A stretch of DNA of 41,985 nt from Acidimicrobiales bacterium (GTDB lineage Bacteria > Actinomycetota > Acidimicrobiia > Acidimicrobiales > JAMCQF01): positions 1 through 41,985 of the forward strand of contig DAHXND010000034.1 in NCBI GenBank assembly GCA_027366675.1, read 5' to 3'. How positions within the stretch are numbered: position 1 is the first letter of the stretch; each line of letters begins with the position of its first letter. Both the position numbers and the translations under genes were made by a program. The notes beneath the pieces were generated by a model. It searched no databases. It saw only the letters and a list, made by a program, of their open reading frames with translations, and was not told where the DNA came from. Shown one piece after another: positions 29,902-37,986 of this stretch.

Positions 29902-30354
29902 TCAGCCACGGGTGACCGGGATCTGGCGGGCAGGTTCGGCCGTGCTTGCACCGGGCATAGGGATTCGCACCTCTAAGATGCCATCCTTGTACGAGGCGTC
30001 TATAGCGGACTCGTCCACGCCGTCAGGAAGCGGGATCTGGCGGGCGAAGGAGCCATATCGAAGCTCGTGCCGCCGGAAATGCCGCCCGCTGCTGCTCTCT
30101 TCTTCACTGCGCTCGGCCGAGATCTGGAGCATCCCGGCCGAGACTGTTATCTGCACGTCCTTCTCGGGGTTGATCCCAGGTATCTCTGCCCGGACAACGA
30201 GCCGGTCTCCTTCGGTGAACTCTTCTACCTGTATAAGGTTGTTACCGTCGCCGTCTTGCAGTAGATCTTCGAACCATCGCCAAGGCGTGAGCATGGAAGC
30301 TGGCCAGTCGACACGCTGCTGGAGGTTCGGGTCGGCGCGCTTTATGAGCGACAT
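29902..30354 (-). CDS. Small heat-shock protein (Hsp20/alpha-crystallin)
   Basis: ATG 30354 after AGGGAG; VRAEIPGINPEKD, ELRYGSFARQIPLP, ASYKDGILEV, C-terminal IPV motif. Confidence 0.93.
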   Translation of the reverse strand: MSLIKRADPNLQQRVDWPASMLTPWRWFEDLLQDGDGNNLIQVEEFTEGDRLVVRAEIPGINPEKDVQITVSAGMLQISAERSEEESSSGRHFRRHELRYGSFARQIPLPDGVDESAIDASYKDGILEVRIPMPGASTAEPARQIPVTRG

Positions 30355-30512
30355 ATGATTCTCCCTTCTCGTCTGCGCAGGAGAGGCATCTGGGCCGGAA
30401 CTGCGCAAGTCTCCACTTGGTAGTTCTCCTGTACTCGTACCCGCCGTGCTGACACCCGCCGTGCTGGTAACCTCGTACTGTTTCCAACTATGCGGCGGGG
30501 ATTGAGCGCATA

Positions 30513-30532
30513 CTAGGGCCGAACGGCCTGTT
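30513..30532. promoter_or_regulatory. DosR/DevR-like operator upstream of hsp20 (CTAGGGCCGAACGGCCTGTT)
   Basis: TAGGGCCGAA is identical to the 1393 site; right arm GGCCTG is degenerate. Confidence 0.65.
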
Positions 30533-30828
30533 CTGGGACGCTCGCTGGGACGCTCGCTGGTGAGGGCTTCGTAGCCTGGCGGGCTCGACCTCATGTGTAG
30601 CTGTGCCGCACCTCCAGTTACCAGGTGGACGGCGCTGACACCTAGCCCCAGGGCGGAAACGAGGAGCGCCGTGGTGGTCGGCAGGACCGCGAGAGTTGGG
30701 CATAGCTGCGCGTCTGGCCGTGCTTCCGGGCGATAGCCTGTACAGGCACAAGAAGGAGTGGCGCGTTACAGGCATGCACGAGGCCGGGAAGCCTGCGTGG
30801 AAGTGACGCCCGGCTAGGCCCTTTTGGC

Positions 30829-31635
30829 ATGCGACGGACGGAGACGGACATGATCGAGGGTCGAGACGGGAATCAGGCCGATGGGAATCAGGCCCTCGTC
30901 ACGGCTACCGGCCAGCCGGGACAGCTCCGGCTAGGACAGCTCCAGCCAGGGGACGGCCCGCCGCCGCAGGGCCCGCCGCCGCAGGGCCCTGCGTCGCAGG
31001 GATCTCATGGAGGCGAGCTGCATCGAGCCCTGTCGTCGGTGATGATAGTAATAATCGTTGGCCTGATACCGTGGACTGCTTACCTGGCGATCAGCCTGCC
31101 TGGCCATTTCCGTGCTCATGACTGGAGCGTGGCTTGGGTCGGTTTCGACGCGGCACTGATCGCAGTGCTGGCATACACAGCGTGGGCCGCATGGTTCCGC
31201 AGGCAGATCCTTGCTCCGACAGCGATTATCGCCGCGACCATGCTCCTCTGCGATGCATGGTTCGACGTGAATACCTCCTTTGGCACGGGGGGAGAAGCAG
31301 TGGCCATCCTGACTGCTGTACTGTGCAACCTGCCCCTGGCGATCTTCTTCTTCTGGCTCGCCAGGAGGATAATGCTTCGCACGGCTGCGGTTATTGCAGC
31401 GGCGACAGGTGATAGTACCCTGCCGCGGCACGTTCGTGACGTGCGTATGCCCTTCGCCCGCACCTGGTCGCATCCGTTGGCCGAAGCCCGCCCAGAGGCC
31501 CAGTCCGCAAATGCACAGTCCGCCGATGCCCAGTTCGCCGATGCACAGTTCGCCGATGCACAGTCGGCAAGTGCACAGTCCGCCGACGCACCGTCGAGCG
31601 AGCAGGGCGAGGCAGCTCCGGGCAGCCGCGACTAG
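30829..31635 (+). CDS. Hypothetical integral membrane protein (~4 TM) with repeat-rich termini
   Basis: LIPWTAYLA, WSVAWVGFD, LLCDAWFDV hydrophobic core; start may be 30850. Confidence 0.75.
   Translation: MRRTETDMIEGRDGNQADGNQALVTATGQPGQLRLGQLQPGDGPPPQGPPPQGPASQGSHGGELHRALSSVMIVIIVGLIPWTAYLAISLPGHFRAHDWSVAWVGFDAALIAVLAYTAWAAWFRRQILAPTAIIAATMLLCDAWFDVNTSFGTGGEAVAILTAVLCNLPLAIFFFWLARRIMLRTAAVIAAATGDSTLPRHVRDVRMPFARTWSHPLAEARPEAQSANAQSADAQFADAQFADAQSASAQSADAPSSEQGEAAPGSRD
31501..31590 (+). repeat. 15-bp coding repeat x6 (Q[S/F]A[D/N/S]A)
   Basis: QSANA QSADA QFADA QFADA QSASA QSADA. Confidence 0.9.
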
Positions 31636-31710
31636 TGATCACGGGGCGTTCCGAGTCCCGCGCCTAATCCGCAGATGTGTTTCCCGGCTCAGTCTGTGCT
31701 TTGGTATCGA
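31573..31710. repeat. Long imperfect direct repeat, copy 1 (3' ends of the membrane-protein and DoxX genes)
   Basis: Manual alignment to 36655-36814: 118/138 identical, excluding a 22-bp insertion. Confidence 0.9.
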
Positions 31711-32203
31711 GGGCCTTCAGTTGCCTGCGCCGCCTGCGGATCACTGCTGCAGCCCCGATCCCCGCAGTGATCAGCAACAGCGGCTTCCGCCCGGTGGGCT
31801 GATCATCCCAGCCAAGCAGGCGGTCGAGGGAGAGCGAGCCGGGCCCGCTCAAGGCCAGGCTGGTCGCCGCGACGGCGAGGGTCATCGGGAACTCGAGGCC
31901 GCGGTTCGAGTTGAAGAAGCCGTTTGGCACGTGGGTGCTTGCTGCTACCGTCATCGTAGCGGCAGCGGCACTTGCTCCGAAAGGAGTGGCAAGTCCCGCT
32001 GCGATGAGTAGTCCGCCGCCAGCCTCACCCAGGCCCGCAGCTAGCGCGCTTTGTCGGCCCGGGTGAAATCCCATGGCCTCGAATCCTGAGCCGGTAGCTG
32101 CCAGCCCGCGCCCACCGAACCAGCCGAAGAGCTTCTGGGCTCCATGGGCGAACAGCGTGAGGCCTATGCCGAGGCGCAACAGGAGCAGGCCGCGGTCGTA
32201 CAT
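31664..32203 (-). CDS. DoxX family membrane protein
   Basis: LLLRLGIG..HGAQKLFGWFGG, GLGEAGGG, NGFF..GLEFP, GPGSLSLD. Confidence 0.9.
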   Translation of the reverse strand: MYDRGLLLLRLGIGLTLFAHGAQKLFGWFGGRGLAATGSGFEAMGFHPGRQSALAAGLGEAGGGLLIAAGLATPFGASAAAATMTVAASTHVPNGFFNSNRGLEFPMTLAVAATSLALSGPGSLSLDRLLGWDDQPTGRKPLLLITAGIGAAAVIRRRRRQLKALDTKAQTEPGNTSAD

Positions 32204-32371
32204 GGTGCGAGCGGGACCAAGGGTCGCTGTTGACGGGTGCTTTGATCTGACGATAACGTCAAGTCTACCTCTTCGGCGTGACCGTCGGGCGGGCGGCAGG
32301 GCTCTTTATAGCAGAAAGGACGTACCATGGGTGGCATAGGCGATATAAGAGCCGGTTAATACTCGCAACGA

Positions 32372-35300
32372 ATGCAGCACATCAATTGGCCGAGGAGTTT
32401 CCGGAGAGCGACCGGTGCAACCAGCATCAGGGGTCGGTCGCGTCGGCACCTGCATCTCGGGATGCACCCGCGCTGGTGGCTGGAACGAGGAAGTCTTACG
32501 GCGTTCCTGTCGATAGCGGTGTTGGGCGCGACCCTGGCTGCCTGCTCGACATCTCCCGTATCGCGGTCAGGCTTTGCCAAAGCAACTTTGCCGGAGGCGA
32601 TTGCTGCTGGCTATACGCCCCACCGTCCGTCATCGTGTCCGATTGCTACGCCCGCCCAGACGGCGGATTCTCCAACGGCAGGTCAGGTCGGTAGCCTCAC
32701 TGGATCGTTTCCATGGCCTCCGCTGCCAGCTGGCCTGAAGAGCCCGTCCATCGTCGCCCAGTTCGACCATACACCCGTGCAAACGCCACCCGTCAGACCG
32801 TCCAACTGGGACAATAGTGGTGGCAACTGGATGCTCTCCAGCGCTCGCACAAGCGACAAGCATGTCAACCGGAATCCTCAGGAGCTGTGTGGAGTGAAGG
32901 GCAATAGCGTGGATTCGGCATGGCAGGTTACGACTGGGTCTCCATCTACGCTCATAGCTGTTACCGATTCCGGCATAGAGTGGTGCGATCCTGCCATAGT
33001 GGGCAAGCTCTACATCAATCCTGCTGCCCTGCCTCTACCGGAAAATGCAACAGGACAGACGAAAACCCAGCTCGAAGCGAAAGGCATCAAGTTCGCGGGG
33101 AGCAATCCCTACGACCTGAATAATTCAGGTGTCATCAACGTCTTCCAGTATGCCAACGATCCTCGCGTGGCGGCCGTAACGAGGGATTACGGGGGCTACT
33201 TTTGCTCCACTCATACGCATAATCACTACGGATATGTGGGAATATCTCCGATGGATCTCATCAGGACCTTCGGAGTTCCGACCCTTCCTGGAGGCAGCCC
33301 GAACCCGTACTACTACGGCCACTCGGGGCCCGCTGGTTTCATCGAAGCCATCTCGGGATGGAACTTCGTTGGCAACAACAACAACCCCTACGATGTAGTG
33401 CATTACGACCACGGTACCGGCGAGGCCCAGGACTCGGGTGGTGTGGCAAACTCTCTTTCTCACGAGGTTGGTGGGTGCCCGAATTGCATGATCTTGCCTG
33501 TCCGGGTAGGCGACTCCTTCATAGTATCGGGAAATACGTTTGCAGAGGGTGTGCTGTTCGCTGTGGATTCAGGCGCATCCATCGTGCAGGAGGCATTGGG
33601 CGCTATCGATGTGACCAACACCGCGCATCAGGCTGTGAACTATGCACAGGCCCACGGTGTGCCGGTAATCGCCTCTGCGGCTGATGAGGAGTCACAGCAC
33701 CACAACGAGCCTTCGACACTCGCTCATATGATAGTCGTGAACAGCATCACGAGGTCACCTACTTCGAATGGAAAGCCGGAGTTCTCGCCGGCCAGCTATC
33801 TGTACCTGAATGGCTGCACCAACTACGGTGCAAATATCGCTGTAGCCGTGGAGAGCCAATCGTGCTCGTCGGAGGCCACAGGAAAGGCATCCGGAATTGC
33901 CGGGCTCATTGAATCGGCCGCCAGTGCCGCCATGGTTCGTCACAGGATATCGCCTTATCCCGGCCTCAGGACCGTAACCGGTCGCCCCGTGGCGCTATCG
34001 GCAAACGAGGTAAAGCAGATCGTGACAATGACTGCAAGCAGCGTAAACTTCCAGACAGCTGCGCCTCCGTACGGGCCTGCAAACAACTACGAGGTAAAAG
34101 CCCCATTCCCCACCAGTAGATACCATACCCAGCCAGGATTCAATATATATACGGGATACGGTCGTATAGACGCTGCCCAGGCTGTTCGGTGGGCGAGCAA
34201 GGGCTGGATCCCGCCTCAAGCGGAGATCACTGGCATGCCATGGTTCGGACTGTACGGACCCGCGGGCACGCTCACCCTACGCGGGCTGATGGGAACTACA
34301 AGAGCATGTCCTGGCCAGCCGTCGCCGTCGCAACCCTGTCCGTGGAGCTACCAGGTACAGGTAGGCATTGGAGCGCAGCCTGAGCCATCGAGCTGGTATA
34401 CGGTCGCCTCAGGTGCTGGCAAGGGAGTCAGGAAAGGAGTATTGGCCCACATACCTCTCGGCAAAGTGGCGAAGCTCTTTCCCGCTTCCCTGCAGCGCAA
34501 TGGTTTCAAGGGCGGTCCCTCGAATAGCAATGGTTCTGCCAACCCGAATAAGTTTACCTTTACTGTTCGTGTCGTGGTCGAGGACCACTCAAAGATCCCC
34601 TTGGTGGGAATGGCACGGCGCGCGGAATTCCTCCATTCGACTTCCGATCTCCTGTACGGTAAGCCAATACACTTCAATAGCTCGATTATTACGTCGCCCA
34701 CCCTTGCCCCTATCGGCCCCCATGGTGAGAACGCACTGCTGGTGGCCACTGCTGATGGCTATGTTCATGCGCTGCTCCCGAACGGGAAAGAGCTGCCCGG
34801 ATGGCCGGTTGCCACTGGTCTCGACAGTGGAGTACACCTGCAGGAAGCTGCTTACCGTTCGGGGGCCGTATCGCCACCTCGTGCCGAACTGCTCGATGTG
34901 GGTGGGGGTCTTGCCGTGGGTGATCTTGCCAACGCTGCCGCTCCCTGCTTGCACGGCATCCACCCGAATGGCAGGTGCCTGGACATCGTAGCCACTACCT
35001 GGGCAGGCAGCGTCTATGCGTGGAATGCGCAGGGCAAGAAGCTTCCTCATTTTCCTGTAAAGACAGATCCCTCATTTTCGGCACCGGGAGTCGCGAATCC
35101 GGATAACAGGGTGCAAAGAGGCATCTTTTCGGCAGCGGCACTGGCTGATCTGCAAGGCAATGGCGAGCTCGATATTACGGCATCGGGCATGGATCGCCAC
35201 CTTTATGCCTGGCAGCCTAACGGCAGTCCAGCTCCGGGATTCCCGGTGCTTGTCGTCGATGCCGCCAAGGTGGCGAGTGTGAATCCGGCGAATAACCAGG

Positions 35301-36625
35301 TTACGTTCCTGGCTTCCTCCAATGTCATGCAAGGAACCAAGCTCATGGACACACCAGCCGTAGGTAACCTCGACGGCGGGTCGGGACCTCCTGACCTGGT
35401 CCTCGGTTCTAACGAGCAGTACGGCGGAACGCCGAACGCGAACCTTGGTGCCCTGGGAGGGCTTTTGAAGTTGGCTGGGCTCTCCTCGCGGGCCGGTAAC
35501 TCCATGCTATACGCGGTATATCCCGATGGTTCGCTTCATCCTGCCAGCCCTGGTACGCCCGATCCGCCAGGTTATCCGAACCCGGGAGCTTTCCTACCTG
35601 GATGGCCAGTCGCTATAGCCGACCTCACGCCTGGAGTGCTTCCCGACGTCGGAGATGGAATTGGCAGCAGTCCGGCTCTTGCTGGGGCTCTTGCTGCGCC
35701 ATTGGGTACCTCGCCAGGCTCTTCCAACGCGGCTGTATCATCTTCGACCTCGGGCACGGGATCATCGAGCTCGGTTGGCAATACCGGCACGGCCACCTCT
35801 TCCGGCAAGACGAGCCTCACGAGTCTCACGAGGAGGCCAACGCCTCGCGTTGGCAATTCGTCAAGCCCTCCTCTCGAGATAGGCGTCATTGCAACTGCGG
35901 GGCCGGCGTACCTACTCGACCCGAATGGTGTATCCGCTCTTGGTACGACATCAGGACTGCCAAATGTCATGGGCTTTGCCGCACCGGGCAGCGCGGCTGC
36001 AAAGGGTGCAAGCATCCAGGCAATGCTTTCCCTGAGCCTTCCTGCTCTGGGTGCACCATCCTTTGCGCATCTCGGAGGGGGGACGGGCGCTAGGCGGATA
36101 TCGGGCGGATTGGACATGATAGCCCCCGCCCTGAGTCTGGGTAGAGGACTGGACGAGGCATTGCCGGCGAACCAATCTCCCCATAGTTCCCAGTTGGATG
36201 CCTGGAATGCTGCTACCGGGCAAATGCTGCACGGCTTTCCGGCGACCGTTAACGACATGGAGTTCTTTGATCAAGCGATAGTTGCCAATCTGGTTCCAGG
36301 TCACACGGGGCCATATATTGTAGAGGGATCTAGCCTGTATGATCTGAGGGCGGTGAATGCTGAGGGTATGGCAGCGCCGGGCTATCCCAAGTTCACCGGT
36401 GGTTGGATGGTGAACAGTCCGACTTTTGGATCCTTCGGCAATCTTGGTTTCAAAGTCCTAGCAGCAGGCACCAGGGAAGGTTACCTTTTCGTGTGGAAGT
36501 CGCCGACCAGTAGCTGCGCAACCAGCGGTCCCTGGCCAATGTCGCACCATGATCTATATAACAGCAATAACCTGCAGACCACGGGCACTCCCGCTCCGCC
36601 TGCCAGTGACTGCAAGCCGAGCTGA
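32372..36625 (+). CDS. Large S8 (subtilisin-like) peptidase lipoprotein with C-terminal FG-GAP/VCBS-like repeats
   Basis: Lipobox-like ATLAAC; IAVTDSG, GWNF, DHGTG, ILPVRV, SCSSEATG, GYGRID; repeats ADLQGNGELDI, GNLDGG, PG[W/F]PV. Start may be 32462. Confidence 0.8.
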   Translation: MQHINWPRSFRRATGATSIRGRSRRHLHLGMHPRWWLERGSLTAFLSIAVLGATLAACSTSPVSRSGFAKATLPEAIAAGYTPHRPSSCPIATPAQTADSPTAGQVGSLTGSFPWPPLPAGLKSPSIVAQFDHTPVQTPPVRPSNWDNSGGNWMLSSARTSDKHVNRNPQELCGVKGNSVDSAWQVTTGSPSTLIAVTDSGIEWCDPAIVGKLYINPAALPLPENATGQTKTQLEAKGIKFAGSNPYDLNNSGVINVFQYANDPRVAAVTRDYGGYFCSTHTHNHYGYVGISPMDLIRTFGVPTLPGGSPNPYYYGHSGPAGFIEAISGWNFVGNNNNPYDVVHYDHGTGEAQDSGGVANSLSHEVGGCPNCMILPVRVGDSFIVSGNTFAEGVLFAVDSGASIVQEALGAIDVTNTAHQAVNYAQAHGVPVIASAADEESQHHNEPSTLAHMIVVNSITRSPTSNGKPEFSPASYLYLNGCTNYGANIAVAVESQSCSSEATGKASGIAGLIESAASAAMVRHRISPYPGLRTVTGRPVALSANEVKQIVTMTASSVNFQTAAPPYGPANNYEVKAPFPTSRYHTQPGFNIYTGYGRIDAAQAVRWASKGWIPPQAEITGMPWFGLYGPAGTLTLRGLMGTTRACPGQPSPSQPCPWSYQVQVGIGAQPEPSSWYTVASGAGKGVRKGVLAHIPLGKVAKLFPASLQRNGFKGGPSNSNGSANPNKFTFTVRVVVEDHSKIPLVGMARRAEFLHSTSDLLYGKPIHFNSSIITSPTLAPIGPHGENALLVATADGYVHALLPNGKELPGWPVATGLDSGVHLQEAAYRSGAVSPPRAELLDVGGGLAVGDLANAAAPCLHGIHPNGRCLDIVATTWAGSVYAWNAQGKKLPHFPVKTDPSFSAPGVANPDNRVQRGIFSAAALADLQGNGELDITASGMDRHLYAWQPNGSPAPGFPVLVVDAAKVASVNPANNQVTFLASSNVMQGTKLMDTPAVGNLDGGSGPPDLVLGSNEQYGGTPNANLGALGGLLKLAGLSSRAGNSMLYAVYPDGSLHPASPGTPDPPGYPNPGAFLPGWPVAIADLTPGVLPDVGDGIGSSPALAGALAAPLGTSPGSSNAAVSSSTSGTGSSSSVGNTGTATSSGKTSLTSLTRRPTPRVGNSSSPPLEIGVIATAGPAYLLDPNGVSALGTTSGLPNVMGFAAPGSAAAKGASIQAMLSLSLPALGAPSFAHLGGGTGARRISGGLDMIAPALSLGRGLDEALPANQSPHSSQLDAWNAATGQMLHGFPATVNDMEFFDQAIVANLVPGHTGPYIVEGSSLYDLRAVNAEGMAAPGYPKFTGGWMVNSPTFGSFGNLGFKVLAAGTREGYLFVWKSPTSSCATSGPWPMSHHDLYNSNNLQTTGTPAPPASDCKPS

Positions 36626-36654
36626 GGCGCAGGTCGCAAAGGCGCCGAGCGAAG

Positions 36655-36814
36655 GCACAGTCCGCCGAGGCCCCATCGAGCGAGCAGGACGAGGTGGCAC
36701 CGGGAAGCCGCGACCAGTGATCACGGGGCGCTCTGAGTCCCTGGCCTAATTTGCAGATGTCGTTCAGATGTCGTTCAGACGTAGTTCCCGGCTCAGTCTG
36801 CGCTTCGGTGTCGA
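36655..36814. pseudogene. Direct-repeat copy 2: relic 3' ends of the membrane-protein gene (+) and doxX (-)
   Basis: Encodes AQSAEAPSSEQDEVAPGSRDQ* on + and DTEAQTEPGTTS on -; interrupted by an 11-bp triplication CAGATGTCGTT (36754-36786). Confidence 0.8.
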
Positions 36815-36900
36815 ACGGCTTTGTAGAGTGCAAAGTGGCGATGACCGTCCCCAGCGCTACGCTGGCCTAGGGTGGCGCTTACAGTGTTGGAAGGGTAGAG

Positions 36901-37965
36901 GTGCCAGGCGCTATAGCGACCGGAGGTCCGGATATGGGCGAGCCTACGCGCGAAGAGCTGGAGGCGCTGTCTGCCATCTTCGCTGCCATCGGGGCTGCCG
37001 TTGGATCGGTGGTGCTGGGCCAGCCTGGTGCCATACGTCTCGCTGTGACCTGCCTCGTGGCGGGCGGGCACCTGTTGCTCGAGGACGTTCCAGGTGTCGG
37101 GAAGACGACCCTCGCTCGTAGCCTCGCTCAGGCCACCGGGACGTTATGGCAGAGGATCCAGTGCACTCCGGACCTTCTGCCGAGCGACCTCACGGGGGTC
37201 CACGTGCCGGCAGGGCAGTGGGATGAGCTTGCCCTGGATGACACTCCAGGAGCGAGCCAGCGTGCCGGACTCGACCACCAGGCATTCTTTGGCGGTTTCG
37301 TGCTCAGGCCCGGCCCGATCTTCGCTCAGCTCGTGATGGCCGACGAGCTGAACCGGGCGTCGCCCCGCACGCAGGCAGCCCTGCTCGAGGCCATGGAGGA
37401 GAGGCAGGTGAGCTTGGATGGCACCACGTATCGCCTGCCAGAGCCCTTCTTCGTCATAGCCACCCAGAACCCAGGTGACTTCGAGGGCACCTACCCCCTC
37501 CCCGAGAGCCAGCTCGATCGGTTTCTGATGCGTGTGAGCCTGGGATACCCGCCGGCTCGTGAGGAGGCTGCTCTGCTCGGTCGCCAAGGGGTCACTACAG
37601 CACCCGTGGTTACTCAGGTAACGACCCCCGAGCGCCTGATCGAATGCGCTGAGGCGGCTTCCAGGGTCTACCTTGCCGAGCCACTTCGGGACTACCTGGT
37701 GTCGCTGGCACGAGCCACGAGGGACGACTCGCGTCTTCACCCAGGGGCATCTCCTAGGGCCCTGCTCGGCTTGGCTGCTGCTGCCAGGGTGTGGGCGGCG
37801 TCGGAAGGGCGATCGTACGTGCTCCCCGATGACGTGATCGAGCTGGCGCCGCATGTCCTGGCGCACCGGCTGGCCCTCGGGCTCGTCGCTGATCGACTGG
37901 AGGTCATGGAGCTACTGGGTGAGGTGCTGGAGAGGGTGCCGGTTCCTCTCTCCTCTGCCCGGTGA
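36901..37965 (+). CDS. moxR: MoxR-family AAA+ ATPase
   Basis: HLLLEDVPGVGKT, RIQCTPDLLPSD, ADELNRASPRTQAALLEAMEE, ATQNP, YPLPESQLDRF, GASPRA; start may be 36934. Confidence 0.93.
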   Translation: MPGAIATGGPDMGEPTREELEALSAIFAAIGAAVGSVVLGQPGAIRLAVTCLVAGGHLLLEDVPGVGKTTLARSLAQATGTLWQRIQCTPDLLPSDLTGVHVPAGQWDELALDDTPGASQRAGLDHQAFFGGFVLRPGPIFAQLVMADELNRASPRTQAALLEAMEERQVSLDGTTYRLPEPFFVIATQNPGDFEGTYPLPESQLDRFLMRVSLGYPPAREEAALLGRQGVTTAPVVTQVTTPERLIECAEAASRVYLAEPLRDYLVSLARATRDDSRLHPGASPRALLGLAAAARVWAASEGRSYVLPDDVIELAPHVLAHRLALGLVADRLEVMELLGEVLERVPVPLSSAR

Positions 37966-37986
37966 GCGCCGGCCACGGCTGGTGCC

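Noticed and set aside
31573-36814. Transposon or prophage interpretation of the repeat-flanked block
   Set aside because: No transposase, integrase, terminal inverted repeats or tRNA; the repeats are diverged gene ends, not att sites
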